A stretch of 59,161 bases of DNA from an uncultured Gammaproteobacteria bacterium (GTDB lineage Bacteria; Patescibacteriota; Patescibacteriia; Magasanikbacterales; JBBTQS01), in the NCBI GenBank assembly GCA_964627055.1, contig CAZVGV010000005.1, positions 1 through 59,161 on the forward strand, in the 5' to 3' direction. How positions within the stretch are numbered: the stretch's first letter is position 1; every line of letters begins with the position of its first letter. The notes beneath the pieces were generated by a model. It did no database searches. It was not told the origin of the DNA and saw only the letters and a program-made list of their open reading frames with translations. Positions 1 to 8,235 of the stretch are shown piece by piece. The translations under genes were made by a program, and so were the position numbers.

Positions 1-325
<325 letters not shown>

Positions 326-403
326 CTACTAAAGCATTCAGTGTACTTCGCGTTGTTTATACGACGCGTGCGTATCATCTCTTCAATCATAAAGCATCCA
401 CTT

Positions 404-513
404 TCTAGGTGCCTGTTGCGGGAAGGTAATACCTGTTCCCATTCCGAACACAGCAGTCAAGCTTCTCAGCCCCGATGGTAGCGCTTTTGCGCAAGAGTAG
501 GACGGCGCCTGGA
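404..513 (+). rRNA. rrf: 5S rRNA
   Basis: Conserved CCCATTCCGAAC loop C, CCGATGGTAG and GAGTAGG motifs; terminal helix TCTAGGTGCC/GGCGCCTGGA; about 80 nt after the 23S. Confidence 0.93.
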
Positions 514-544
514 CAGTGGATGTTTTTTGTTTCAAAGCTTTTAC

Positions 545-574
545 AAAAGCCGCTAATTTTAGCGGCTTTTGTGT
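545..574 (+). terminator. Intrinsic terminator of rRNA operon
   Basis: AAAAGCCGCTA-ATTT-TAGCGGCTTTT hairpin followed by T-rich run. Confidence 0.8.
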
Positions 575-576
575 TC

Positions 577-605
577 TTGACAGAAGTATGATAGTATCAT
601 ACCAT
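577..605 (+). promoter_or_regulatory. Sigma70-type promoter of RHH-NTase gene
   Basis: TTGACA (577-582), 17-nt spacer, TACCAT (600-605). Confidence 0.75.
586..602. promoter_or_regulatory. Perfect 17-bp palindromic operator overlapping spacer and -10
   Basis: GTATGATA-G-TATCATAC; extra half-site ATCATACCA repeated at 612-620. Confidence 0.7.
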
Positions 606-623
606 CTATTCATCATACCAAGT

Positions 624-1475
624 ATGAAAACGGAGAAAGAGAATAAGGATCGTTTGACTATTACGCTTTCGCCTTCGATTCTCAAGAAGGTTGATTCCCT
701 AATTGATGGGAAGGCGGTGCGCAATCGATCTCATGCGATTGAAACCATTCTCAGTCAGCATATTCTCTCCCGTGTGACCAAGGTCATTATTCTTGCAGGT
801 GGCAAGGGTGCCAATATGCGCCCGCTCACATACGAGATTCCGAAGGCTATGCTTCCGGTACATGACCGTCCGCTCGTTGAACATTCCATTACTTCTCTTG
901 TGGCTGCAGGATTGCGCGATATCACGATTGTGGTCGGGCATTTGGGCAACAAGGTAGAGCAGGCGTTTGGTGACGGCTCACGATTTGGCGCACGTATTAC
1001 GTATGTGCGGGACCTCGAGGAGTCTGGTACGGCGCAAGCTCTCTCTGCTGCGCGCAAGGTTGTAGGGGACAATCCATTCCTATTGCTTTATGGAGATGTG
1101 CTTGCATCGATCGACTGGTTGTCGCTTATCGACTTCCATGATCAGCAGGAATCACTGCTTACTATGGCAGTGACAACTGTAACAGACACGACGCCATGGG
1201 GAGTCGTTACAATGCAGGGTGCACATATCACCGGACTTGAGCAGCGACATGACGCTCCAGCTGGGAATAGTCATCTCATCAATTCCGGAGTGTATGTGGT
1301 TGATCCAAGTGTACTCACACGCATCACACCAAGCATGAAGAGCTTTGAAGATGAAGTGGTTGCGCCAATGACTGCACGTCATGAGGTTGCTGGGTATCAC
1401 TTCTCTGGTCAATGGTTCGATGTAGGTTCTTCTGCAGAATACGCTCGCGCGCTCAAGGAATGGTCTCCGAGCTGA
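624..1475 (+). CDS. Ribbon-helix-helix (CopG/NikR-like) domain fused to sugar-phosphate nucleotidyltransferase (NTP_transferase) domain
   Basis: N-term RLTITLSPSILKKVDSLIDGKAVRNRSHAIETIL (beta-alpha-alpha RHH); then ILAGGKGANMRPLT..PK, LYGD, WFDVG; ATG 624 chosen because the ORF-track extension overlaps terminator and promoter. Confidence 0.85.
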   Translation: MKTEKENKDRLTITLSPSILKKVDSLIDGKAVRNRSHAIETILSQHILSRVTKVIILAGGKGANMRPLTYEIPKAMLPVHDRPLVEHSITSLVAAGLRDITIVVGHLGNKVEQAFGDGSRFGARITYVRDLEESGTAQALSAARKVVGDNPFLLLYGDVLASIDWLSLIDFHDQQESLLTMAVTTVTDTTPWGVVTMQGAHITGLEQRHDAPAGNSHLINSGVYVVDPSVLTRITPSMKSFEDEVVAPMTARHEVAGYHFSGQWFDVGSSAEYARALKEWSPS

Positions 1476-1565
1476 GACTCTTCTCCCAACCTTCAACCAG
1501 ATATCTGTGCTTGTTCTGGTCGTAGATTGGGGGAAGGGCCTTAGCCCAACTGGTGGTGCTGTAAC

Positions 1566-2576
1566 GTGATGTGTGCACCGCATCTCACGTTGCCGCTTCA
1601 CCCGAAGTGGCCGAACATCGACAACCAAGGTAGGAGAGAACTCGTGCAATCGACTCATGGGGCGCGGTTCAAACCACGCCGAGCAGTGATTACCGACCTC
1701 GATGATTCACTGATCACGAGCCACGCGAGTGGTCGGGATCGGTTTGGGTGGGAGCCCATCGTTGAGGCGTTCGCCGCGTTTGCGGCGAACAACATCAAGC
1801 TCCACATCGTCACGCTCAACGGAGCGCCGTTTGTGGCTGGCATCTGCAATGGCATCAGCCACAAGGCTGCCGAGCACATGCTTGGTGATGTGCACGTCGG
1901 TGAAGGGAACGTGTCGCTCGTCGTGCGGGACAATGGTTCCTGTCGTGAGTGGTGCGAGGTTCCAATTCTGGACCCGCCCCCCATCGAGTGCGAGCTGGAT
2001 CGGGTGCGCGTGCGTCACATCGTGGCGCGAGTTGCACCAGATCTGCGTGTCCGCAGCGTCGGCATGTCGCTGATGGTTTCCTATTCGGTCGAACCGCACC
2101 AGCGGAGTGGCTGGATCGAGGAAATCCAAGAGGCAATCGACGGGGCATCAGAGCTGCAAACGCAGTGGGTGGTGGGTAACGGTGGCCACCCGCACATCAT
2201 CGACATCGTTCCAGCTCATGCTGCGGACAAGGGCAAAGGAATTGTTGCACTTCTCGCGCACGCTGAACGTGTCGGTCAGCCGATCGATCTGTCGGGGAGC
2301 GCATGGTTCGGCGATTCCGATGCAGATATCAAGGCGCTCGAGGAGCTCACGTCTGTGCGACGTCGCTCCGAAGGGAAGGCCATCGGCTTTGTCGCAACGC
2401 ACTCCGGTGCGTCCGCGGCATACATCGCAGCAGTTAGGGCAGCACCCTGCCCCTCCTTCGTCTCCAGTGAGATGCTGGCGGAGCGGGCTGTGCCGCAGAT
2501 GCTTGCTGAGTACGATCGGGTGATCGGGCTCGGCGTCAACAACAATCGCAACGGAAGCTGCTTCAACGTGACGTGA
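1566..2576 (+). CDS. HAD-superfamily hydrolase, subfamily IIB (Cof/sucrose-phosphatase-like); start uncertain
   Basis: Motif I DLDDSL, motif II IVT, motif III DKGKG, motif IV FGDSDAD. Confidence 0.75.
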   Translation: MMCAPHLTLPLHPKWPNIDNQGRRELVQSTHGARFKPRRAVITDLDDSLITSHASGRDRFGWEPIVEAFAAFAANNIKLHIVTLNGAPFVAGICNGISHKAAEHMLGDVHVGEGNVSLVVRDNGSCREWCEVPILDPPPIECELDRVRVRHIVARVAPDLRVRSVGMSLMVSYSVEPHQRSGWIEEIQEAIDGASELQTQWVVGNGGHPHIIDIVPAHAADKGKGIVALLAHAERVGQPIDLSGSAWFGDSDADIKALEELTSVRRRSEGKAIGFVATHSGASAAYIAAVRAAPCPSFVSSEMLAERAVPQMLAEYDRVIGLGVNNNRNGSCFNVT

Positions 2577-2586
2577 TTGGAGGGGA

Positions 2587-2850
2587 GTGATGCAGACGGT
2601 TACCTACGATGATGTGCAGATGGAGCAACTCATGCAGCGAGTGCTCGGGAGGTACTCGGTGTTCAATCGTGCGTTCATCTGCGAGCGTGTCGCCAGCTAC
2701 GATGACGTGCGTGCGAAGCGGCTCTTCCTCGAAGAACTCGCGACGATCGAGGCCAAGGACTGTCCTGCGGACGCGCCGAAGCGCCTCAGCAATCTGATGG
2801 TCTACTACGACCCGAACGATTTCGTCTACTGCGTACAGGAGACGCAGTAG
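2587..2850 (+). CDS. Small hypothetical protein (87 aa)
   Basis: SD-like GGAGGGG just upstream; follows the HAD gene; ends before a terminator. Confidence 0.6.
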   Translation: MMQTVTYDDVQMEQLMQRVLGRYSVFNRAFICERVASYDDVRAKRLFLEELATIEAKDCPADAPKRLSNLMVYYDPNDFVYCVQETQ

Positions 2851-2875
2851 CGGCGAAAACCGCGCCAACTGAAGC

Positions 2876-2930
2876 GCCGGAGAAGCCCCAAGGAAACATT
2901 CTTGGGAACACTTCTCCGGCGTTTTCTTTT
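2876..2930 (+). terminator. Long intrinsic terminator hairpin
   Basis: GCCGGAGAAG...CTTCTCCGGC with inner CCCAAG/CTTGGG, followed by GTTTTCTTTTT. Confidence 0.7.
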
Positions 2931-2955
2931 TACAAAATTCCTAGGATTTTGGTCC

Positions 2956-2983
2956 TTGCCAAGCATAGTATGTATGCTACACT
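2956..2983 (+). promoter_or_regulatory. Promoter of ROK-TrmB-HAD-NTase operon with palindromic spacer
   Basis: TTGCCA-N16-TACACT with extended TG; spacer AGCATA-GTATG-TATGCT is an inverted repeat. Confidence 0.55.
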
Positions 2984-2993
2984 GAGCACACCT

Positions 2994-3899
2994 ATGCGTA
3001 CTGCAATCGCCATTGATTTTGGAGGAACGTTTCTCAAGGGTGCCATTGTTCGCGAAGATGGCACGATTCTCGAGCGCGAACAACGACCGACAGGAAGTGC
3101 GGATGGCGCTGATGCAGTATTATCGAATCTCGTACAATTGATTAGTGATTTGCGCATGAGGGCGCCTGAATCGATAGGCGTTGGTCTTGGCGTTCCTGCG
3201 CCGATTAACCATCGTGATGGCGTTGCAGCAACGTTTCCAAATGTTTCGCTGCCAGACAATTTTCCTATTCGTGAATATATTTCGCAGCGCTGCGAGTTAC
3301 CTGTTGTCGTGCATAATGACGCAAACGCTGCAGTACTTGGCGAGGCGTGGATTGGTGCAGCGCATGGTGTCACTGATGTGCTCATGCTCACACTTGGGAC
3401 AGGTATCGGTGGTGGTGTGATCAGTAATTCGGTCCTGATTCAGGGGGCTGATGGACTTGGCGCAGAGCTTGGTCACATGCGATTGCGCATGGATGGTCCG
3501 GCGTGTGGAGCAGGTGTTGCAGGTTGTCTTGAAGCCCTTGCATCTGCACCTGCTGTGGTACGTATGGCGGTTGAGCGACTCGATGCAACGATCAAGGATT
3601 CACGCGAAGTGTATGATCGTGCAAAGAAGGGTGATGCTACTGCTGTAGCAATTTGGAGTGAAATTGGAGCGCTCTTGGGTGTGGCGGTTGGTAACTACAT
3701 CAATATTTTTAACCCCCGAATTGTGCTTTTGGGCGGTAACATGAGTAACGCCTTGGAGTTTATTTTGCCATCGTTGCATGAGGCAGCGCAGGCAACGTGT
3801 TACCCAGCACTTTATAAAGCCTGCACTATCACCCAGGCGAAGTTGGGTAATGATGCAGGAATGCTTGGTGCAGCACATAGTGTATTCATGGGTGTATGA
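2994..3899 (+). CDS. ROK-family sugar kinase (glucokinase/N-acetylhexosamine kinase-like)
   Basis: IDFGGT, NDANAA..GE, GTGIGGG, ELGH, C..G..GCLE motifs; no HTH domain. Confidence 0.92.
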   Translation: MRTAIAIDFGGTFLKGAIVREDGTILEREQRPTGSADGADAVLSNLVQLISDLRMRAPESIGVGLGVPAPINHRDGVAATFPNVSLPDNFPIREYISQRCELPVVVHNDANAAVLGEAWIGAAHGVTDVLMLTLGTGIGGGVISNSVLIQGADGLGAELGHMRLRMDGPACGAGVAGCLEALASAPAVVRMAVERLDATIKDSREVYDRAKKGDATAVAIWSEIGALLGVAVGNYINIFNPRIVLLGGNMSNALEFILPSLHEAAQATCYPALYKACTITQAKLGNDAGMLGAAHSVFMGV

Positions 3900-4642
3900 T
3901 CGAGCAAACACTTTCGCATCTCGGGTGGTCAGACAAGCAGGTACATGTGTATCTCGCGCTTCTACGCCTTGGGCCTTCTCCGGTGCGTAAGCTGGCACTT
4001 GCAGCAGGGACAAATCGTGGTACGACATATGATATTTTGAAATCGCTTCGTGAACTCGGAGTGGTCGGCATGTACAACAAGACAGCAAAGCAGTACTTTG
4101 TTGCCGAAGACCCGGAGACCTTGCTTCGTGCACATGCAGCACGCATGGACGAGCTGGCTCAGGCAAAAGGTGAGTTGCAAGATGCGTTGCCACAGCTTCG
4201 TTCGTTGCATGCGCATGGCGGTGCGAAGCCGGTTGCATTGTTGTTCGAGGGTAAGGAAGCGGTTGGGACTATACTTCGAGATGTACTCGAGCGAGCAGCA
4301 CAAACCGCAGATCGAACGTATTATGCCTATTCTGCTCCGGATGTGCGGTCACAGATGTATGCAGCGATGCCCAAGTTCAATGAAGCGCGAGTGCGTGCAG
4401 ATGTGCGTGTTCGTGTGATTGGGTTGGACGGCTCGACAGGACTGCATGGACTTGATGAGCGTCGTGTATTGAAGGGTAATGATAAAGCATTTGATACGTA
4501 TACCTTCTTGTACGCTGGTCGCGTTGCGTACTTGACGCACGATGCCGCAGGCGAAATCGCCGGGATGATTATTGACAACGCTGGCATGTATCAAACACAA
4601 CGATTTATTTTTGAGTCACTTTGGGATCGATTAACACCGTAA
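3896..4642 (+). CDS. TrmB-family transcriptional regulator
   Basis: N-terminal wHTH (VYLALLRLG..LA..AGTNRGTTYDILKSL), helical linker, FEGKE start of effector domain; ATGA overlap with the ROK gene. Confidence 0.88.
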   Translation: MIEQTLSHLGWSDKQVHVYLALLRLGPSPVRKLALAAGTNRGTTYDILKSLRELGVVGMYNKTAKQYFVAEDPETLLRAHAARMDELAQAKGELQDALPQLRSLHAHGGAKPVALLFEGKEAVGTILRDVLERAAQTADRTYYAYSAPDVRSQMYAAMPKFNEARVRADVRVRVIGLDGSTGLHGLDERRVLKGNDKAFDTYTFLYAGRVAYLTHDAAGEIAGMIIDNAGMYQTQRFIFESLWDRLTP

Positions 4643-4646
4643 CGGT

Positions 4647-5309
4647 ATGTTCACCAACCCCACATTGATTGTTGATTTTGACGGTACACTTTGGGACAGC
4701 GAAGGGTTTTTGCGTGAGCTGTACGCCGTCGCGGAACGGTACGGTATTACTCCCAAAGCAATGTTGAATACTTGGGAAGACTCCTGGTCGCACCCCGCAC
4801 GACGCGAAGGCTACTCTGCTCGACGACATGCAGGGAAGTTAGCAGATATCACCCCACGGTATAGTGAGGAAGAGCTGCATACGTGGTTGGAGGACCATCA
4901 TGCACGGATGGGTGATTTTGTGTATCCTGACGCGCATCTGTTTTTGCATGAAATGCGTACTGCAGGTTATTCGCTCATACTGTTGAGTAATGGCGATCCT
5001 GTGTGGCAACGACGGAAGTTGGCAGCAACAGGTCTTGAGGATCATTTTGATTCCGTGCAGGTGAGCCGTCACCCAAAGGAGGATGTGTTGCGTGGGATGA
5101 TTGGTTCAATGGAGCTTCCACATATGCTTTTCATCAATGATAACCCTGAGGAAAATTGGGCAGTAGCGCATTCGTTGCCGAGATTGGCACAAGCGATGCG
5201 TGTGAATAGGGATCGTTGGCCAGAAGAGCACTATGTGCGTGTAGGGCATCCGTATTTTTCTACTCTTGATGATGTGAGGCAGTATGCACACGAATTTTTC
5301 CGCGGATAA
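4647..5309 (+). CDS. HAD-superfamily hydrolase (subfamily IA-like phosphatase)
   Basis: VDFDGTL, LSNG, K, FINDN motifs. Confidence 0.85.
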   Translation: MFTNPTLIVDFDGTLWDSEGFLRELYAVAERYGITPKAMLNTWEDSWSHPARREGYSARRHAGKLADITPRYSEEELHTWLEDHHARMGDFVYPDAHLFLHEMRTAGYSLILLSNGDPVWQRRKLAATGLEDHFDSVQVSRHPKEDVLRGMIGSMELPHMLFINDNPEENWAVAHSLPRLAQAMRVNRDRWPEEHYVRVGHPYFSTLDDVRQYAHEFFRG

Positions 5310-6075
5310 GGTAGCGATTGTTATTCTTGCAGCAGGTAAGGGAACTCGAATCAATAAGGAGAATGGGGGATTGCCGAAGGTGCTCACACCATTGTATGGT
5401 CAGCCACTCATCTCACATCTTCTTCACAGCATTGAAGACAGCGCGGTTAAGAGGCCTCCCGTTATTGTCGTGGGATATAAAGGTGATCTCGTTCGCGAAA
5501 CTCTAGGACCCTACTATACATATGTAGAGCAAACCGAGCAGCTCGGCACTGGTCACGCAGTGCGCTGTGCTCGTGAAGCCCTTGAGGGTCAGGTAGAAAA
5601 TGTTGTCGTGTTGTACGGAGATCAACCGCATCTTCCTCACGACGTGGTTGATAGATTAATCACGCAGCACGTGGAGTCTGGCAATACGTTGACCATGACC
5701 ACGACTACCGTCGATGATTTCGACGGGTGGCGCGAGCGGCTTCGGTATTACGGTCATATCGTTCGAAATAGCGCTGGAGAGATACAGCAGGTGGTTGAAT
5801 TCAAGGAGGCCACGGAAGAACAGCGCGAAAGCAAAGAGGTAAACCCTGGACACTATTGCTTCAAGGCGTCCTGGCTTTGGTCGCATTTGGATCATTTGTC
5901 GAACACGGGCAACAGTGCGGGGGAGTATTATTTGACTGACCTTATTGGTGTTGCGATTGGTGAGCACGAGCGTATCGGTACTATTGCTATCGATCCACTG
6001 CATTCGCTTGCGGTAAATACACTGGACGAACTCCATGTTCTTGAGGGTGTTTTGAAAAATGTCGGTGATAAGTAA
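5284..6075 (+). CDS. GlmU N-terminal-like sugar-1-phosphate uridylyltransferase, no acetyltransferase domain
   Basis: LAAGKGTR, PKVL, EQLGTGHA, YGDQP, YG.IVR, EVNPG, EYYLTD, AVN; protein ends where the left-handed beta-helix would begin. Confidence 0.88.
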   Translation: MHTNFSADKVAIVILAAGKGTRINKENGGLPKVLTPLYGQPLISHLLHSIEDSAVKRPPVIVVGYKGDLVRETLGPYYTYVEQTEQLGTGHAVRCAREALEGQVENVVVLYGDQPHLPHDVVDRLITQHVESGNTLTMTTTTVDDFDGWRERLRYYGHIVRNSAGEIQQVVEFKEATEEQRESKEVNPGHYCFKASWLWSHLDHLSNTGNSAGEYYLTDLIGVAIGEHERIGTIAIDPLHSLAVNTLDELHVLEGVLKNVGDK

Positions 6076-6083
6076 ACATGTAA

Positions 6084-6122
6084 ATATCCACAAAACATCA
6101 GTAAAATAGCTGTTGTGGATAA
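6084..6122. promoter_or_regulatory. Inverted pair of DnaA-box-like sequences
   Basis: ATATCCACA (6084-6092, 8/9 match) and TGTGGATAA (6114-6122, reverse complement TTATCCACA, perfect). Confidence 0.5.
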
Positions 6123-6137
6123 TTTGTAGAAAAAAAA

Positions 6138-6166
6138 TTGACAAAGAAGTAGGCACTTGCTACTCT
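6138..6166 (+). promoter_or_regulatory. Sigma70-type promoter
   Basis: TTGACA-N17-TACTCT; SD AAGGAGGTG at 6182-6190. Confidence 0.75.
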
Positions 6167-6194
6167 CAGATATGTGACACCAAGGAGGTGCATC

Positions 6195-7085
6195 GTGCGT
6201 ACAGGAATCGTGATTGTCGCAGCAGGGCATGGTGTCCTGCGTCCGGAGGTTTCGAAGCTCGTTGAGTATCTGGATTCGAATCGCCGTGTGACGATCATCG
6301 GGTCGGTTGCGCGGAGCATCTCGAGTATCCATCAAGCCGTGCAAGTGTTCGTACTCAATCGGCGGTTTTCGGAGCAAGTGCGCCAGGCAATTCCGCCTGC
6401 TGCATACGACTCGCTCCGATACTACGTTGAGCAGCCACGTCGCAACGGCGCTGCGGATGCTGTCCGACATGCGTTGCCATTGCTCCTCGAAAAGCAATGC
6501 ACGGAGGTCGTGGTGGTATTCGGAGATATGCCGCTCTGGCGAGCGGCGACAGTGACTCGTCTGCTGCACATGCATCGGCGTACGAACGCCGTCATCACCA
6601 TGACGACTGTGACGCTCCCGGAGCAACATGCTGTTACCATCGATGTACTCGAACGGTATGGGCGTGTGCTATTCGACGCGTCAGGCAACATCGTGCAGGT
6701 CATCGAGCCTGGTGAAGCAAATGAATTGCATTGTCAGGTGGTGCGTCACGTGAATCCGTCGCTGTACGTATTCAATCTCCAGTGGCTTGTGGAAAATATC
6801 GATTCCATAGAGCCACAGTATCGCCAGGATGGCTACGGGGAGGAATATCATCTGCCGCGATTGATTCCAATAGCCGCACAACAAGGTGTGTCCATTGTGA
6901 ACATGTCATTGCGAGATCCTGAAGAGGCGCTTGGCGTGAACACACTGGAAGATCTGAGTCGAGTGCAGGAAGTATGGCAGCGACGCACACGACGTAACAC
7001 AAAGAAAAACACAAAAAGCACAACCACCCCTCGAGGGGGTGGCTGGAAAAGGAAACGTAGGAGTCGCCTTTCAGCAACAGTGTAG
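6195..7085 (+). CDS. Divergent GlmU-N-like nucleotidyltransferase with basic C-terminal tail
   Basis: GTG start after strong SD; VAAGHG, FGDMP, YGRV, VNPSLY, EEYHLP, GVNT; tail rich in R/K. Confidence 0.8.
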   Translation: MRTGIVIVAAGHGVLRPEVSKLVEYLDSNRRVTIIGSVARSISSIHQAVQVFVLNRRFSEQVRQAIPPAAYDSLRYYVEQPRRNGAADAVRHALPLLLEKQCTEVVVVFGDMPLWRAATVTRLLHMHRRTNAVITMTTVTLPEQHAVTIDVLERYGRVLFDASGNIVQVIEPGEANELHCQVVRHVNPSLYVFNLQWLVENIDSIEPQYRQDGYGEEYHLPRLIPIAAQQGVSIVNMSLRDPEEALGVNTLEDLSRVQEVWQRRTRRNTKKNTKSTTTPRGGGWKRKRRSRLSATV

Positions 7086-7132
7086 GTCATTGTGTCACAA
7101 CGGTCAAGGTACGCCTTGCAGCAGGAGTAAGC

Positions 7133-7621
7133 ATGGAAAAAGTACTCGTCGTCCTGGGTTCGGCCCAGGAGAATGAGCGCCTGAGCCGTGCTGCATTCGC
7201 TGCACGGTATCTCGTCGCCAATCCAGGCATCAACCGTGTCGTGTTCTGCGGGTACAACGGAGAAGCTGTCGCGATGGAAGTGTGCGCACGTGCGCATGGA
7301 ATGCCTGCACGCGTGCAGGTACTTCTTGAGCGAGCTTCGAAGCATACGCGTGAGAACGCGCTGTATTCGAAGAACATACTCGAGGTTAATGGCCTTGGGG
7401 GTGCCACAGTTGTCATCGTTACGTGCCGGTATCACATGCCGCGTGCTTGGATGACATTCCGATCGATCTTCGATCGCGTTGAATGCACGGTCGATGGATT
7501 GCCGGACATGAAGGACGTGCGTCAGTTCGTGCGGCTTGAACTGCCGAAGATCCGACGATACGCACTTCAAGGGCATCTCTATCCGTTCAGTCTCTGTGCA
7601 GCGAATGTATCAGACGCGTAA
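7133..7621 (+). CDS. YdcF/DUF218-family protein
   Basis: VVLG, R..A, FCG, EA..M, E..S..T.ENA, VIVT..YHMPRA; SD AGGAG. Confidence 0.85.
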   Translation: MEKVLVVLGSAQENERLSRAAFAARYLVANPGINRVVFCGYNGEAVAMEVCARAHGMPARVQVLLERASKHTRENALYSKNILEVNGLGGATVVIVTCRYHMPRAWMTFRSIFDRVECTVDGLPDMKDVRQFVRLELPKIRRYALQGHLYPFSLCAANVSDA

Positions 7622-7652
7622 CGCGTTATCGTTCGCTACTGAGGCTTTCAAC

Positions 7653-7701
7653 TAACGACGGCTGTGGTACTCTACGAGTATCCAGCCGTTGTTATTTTTT
7701 T
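7653..7701 (+). terminator. Intrinsic terminator
   Basis: TAACGACGGCTG/CAGCCGTTGTTA stem followed by T7. Confidence 0.75.
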
Positions 7702-8235
7702 ATGATTACCATTACACATCATTGGGACGGGACGACACTCCCCGTAGCTGAACAGCCAACATTCACGATCGAAGTTCAGGGGGAACAGGTACACGTACAG
7801 GTACACGCAACACTTCCATGGGGTGTACATGCTCCGGATGCGCCCGTTGGATTTACAGATGGACTTTGGGAGTACGATGTTGTTGAGATATTTGCTGTCG
7901 CACCAGACGGGACGTACATGGAAATTGAACTTGGACCGAAGGGGCATTGGCTTGCATACTGGTTTTCGAAATATCGGGAACGTGCGGTGCGAACAGTCGA
8001 TCGGGCAGCGCTCATATATACCACGCAGGAGACAGCAGACGGATGGATTGGTGCTTGCACCTTCCCGGTGAGTTGGCTTCCGGCATCCTGGCGTGAATGT
8101 CGGTGGAATTGGTATCAAATTCGCCGACGTGGGGACGCCGGCGAATTTGAGTATCTTGCTTGGAAAGGGGATGCTACGATTGCACCAGACTTTCATCAGA
8201 CAGCACTGTTTGCATCTCTGCCAAATGTGCAATAG
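7702..8235 (+). CDS. CBM9/DOMON-like beta-sandwich protein (resembles UPF0462/C4orf33-like family)
   Basis: GLWEYDVVEIF...YMEIELGP.GHWL and DFH pattern; Trp-rich; family recognised from memory only. Confidence 0.6.
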   Translation: MITITHHWDGTTLPVAEQPTFTIEVQGEQVHVQVHATLPWGVHAPDAPVGFTDGLWEYDVVEIFAVAPDGTYMEIELGPKGHWLAYWFSKYRERAVRTVDRAALIYTTQETADGWIGACTFPVSWLPASWRECRWNWYQIRRRGDAGEFEYLAWKGDATIAPDFHQTALFASLPNVQ

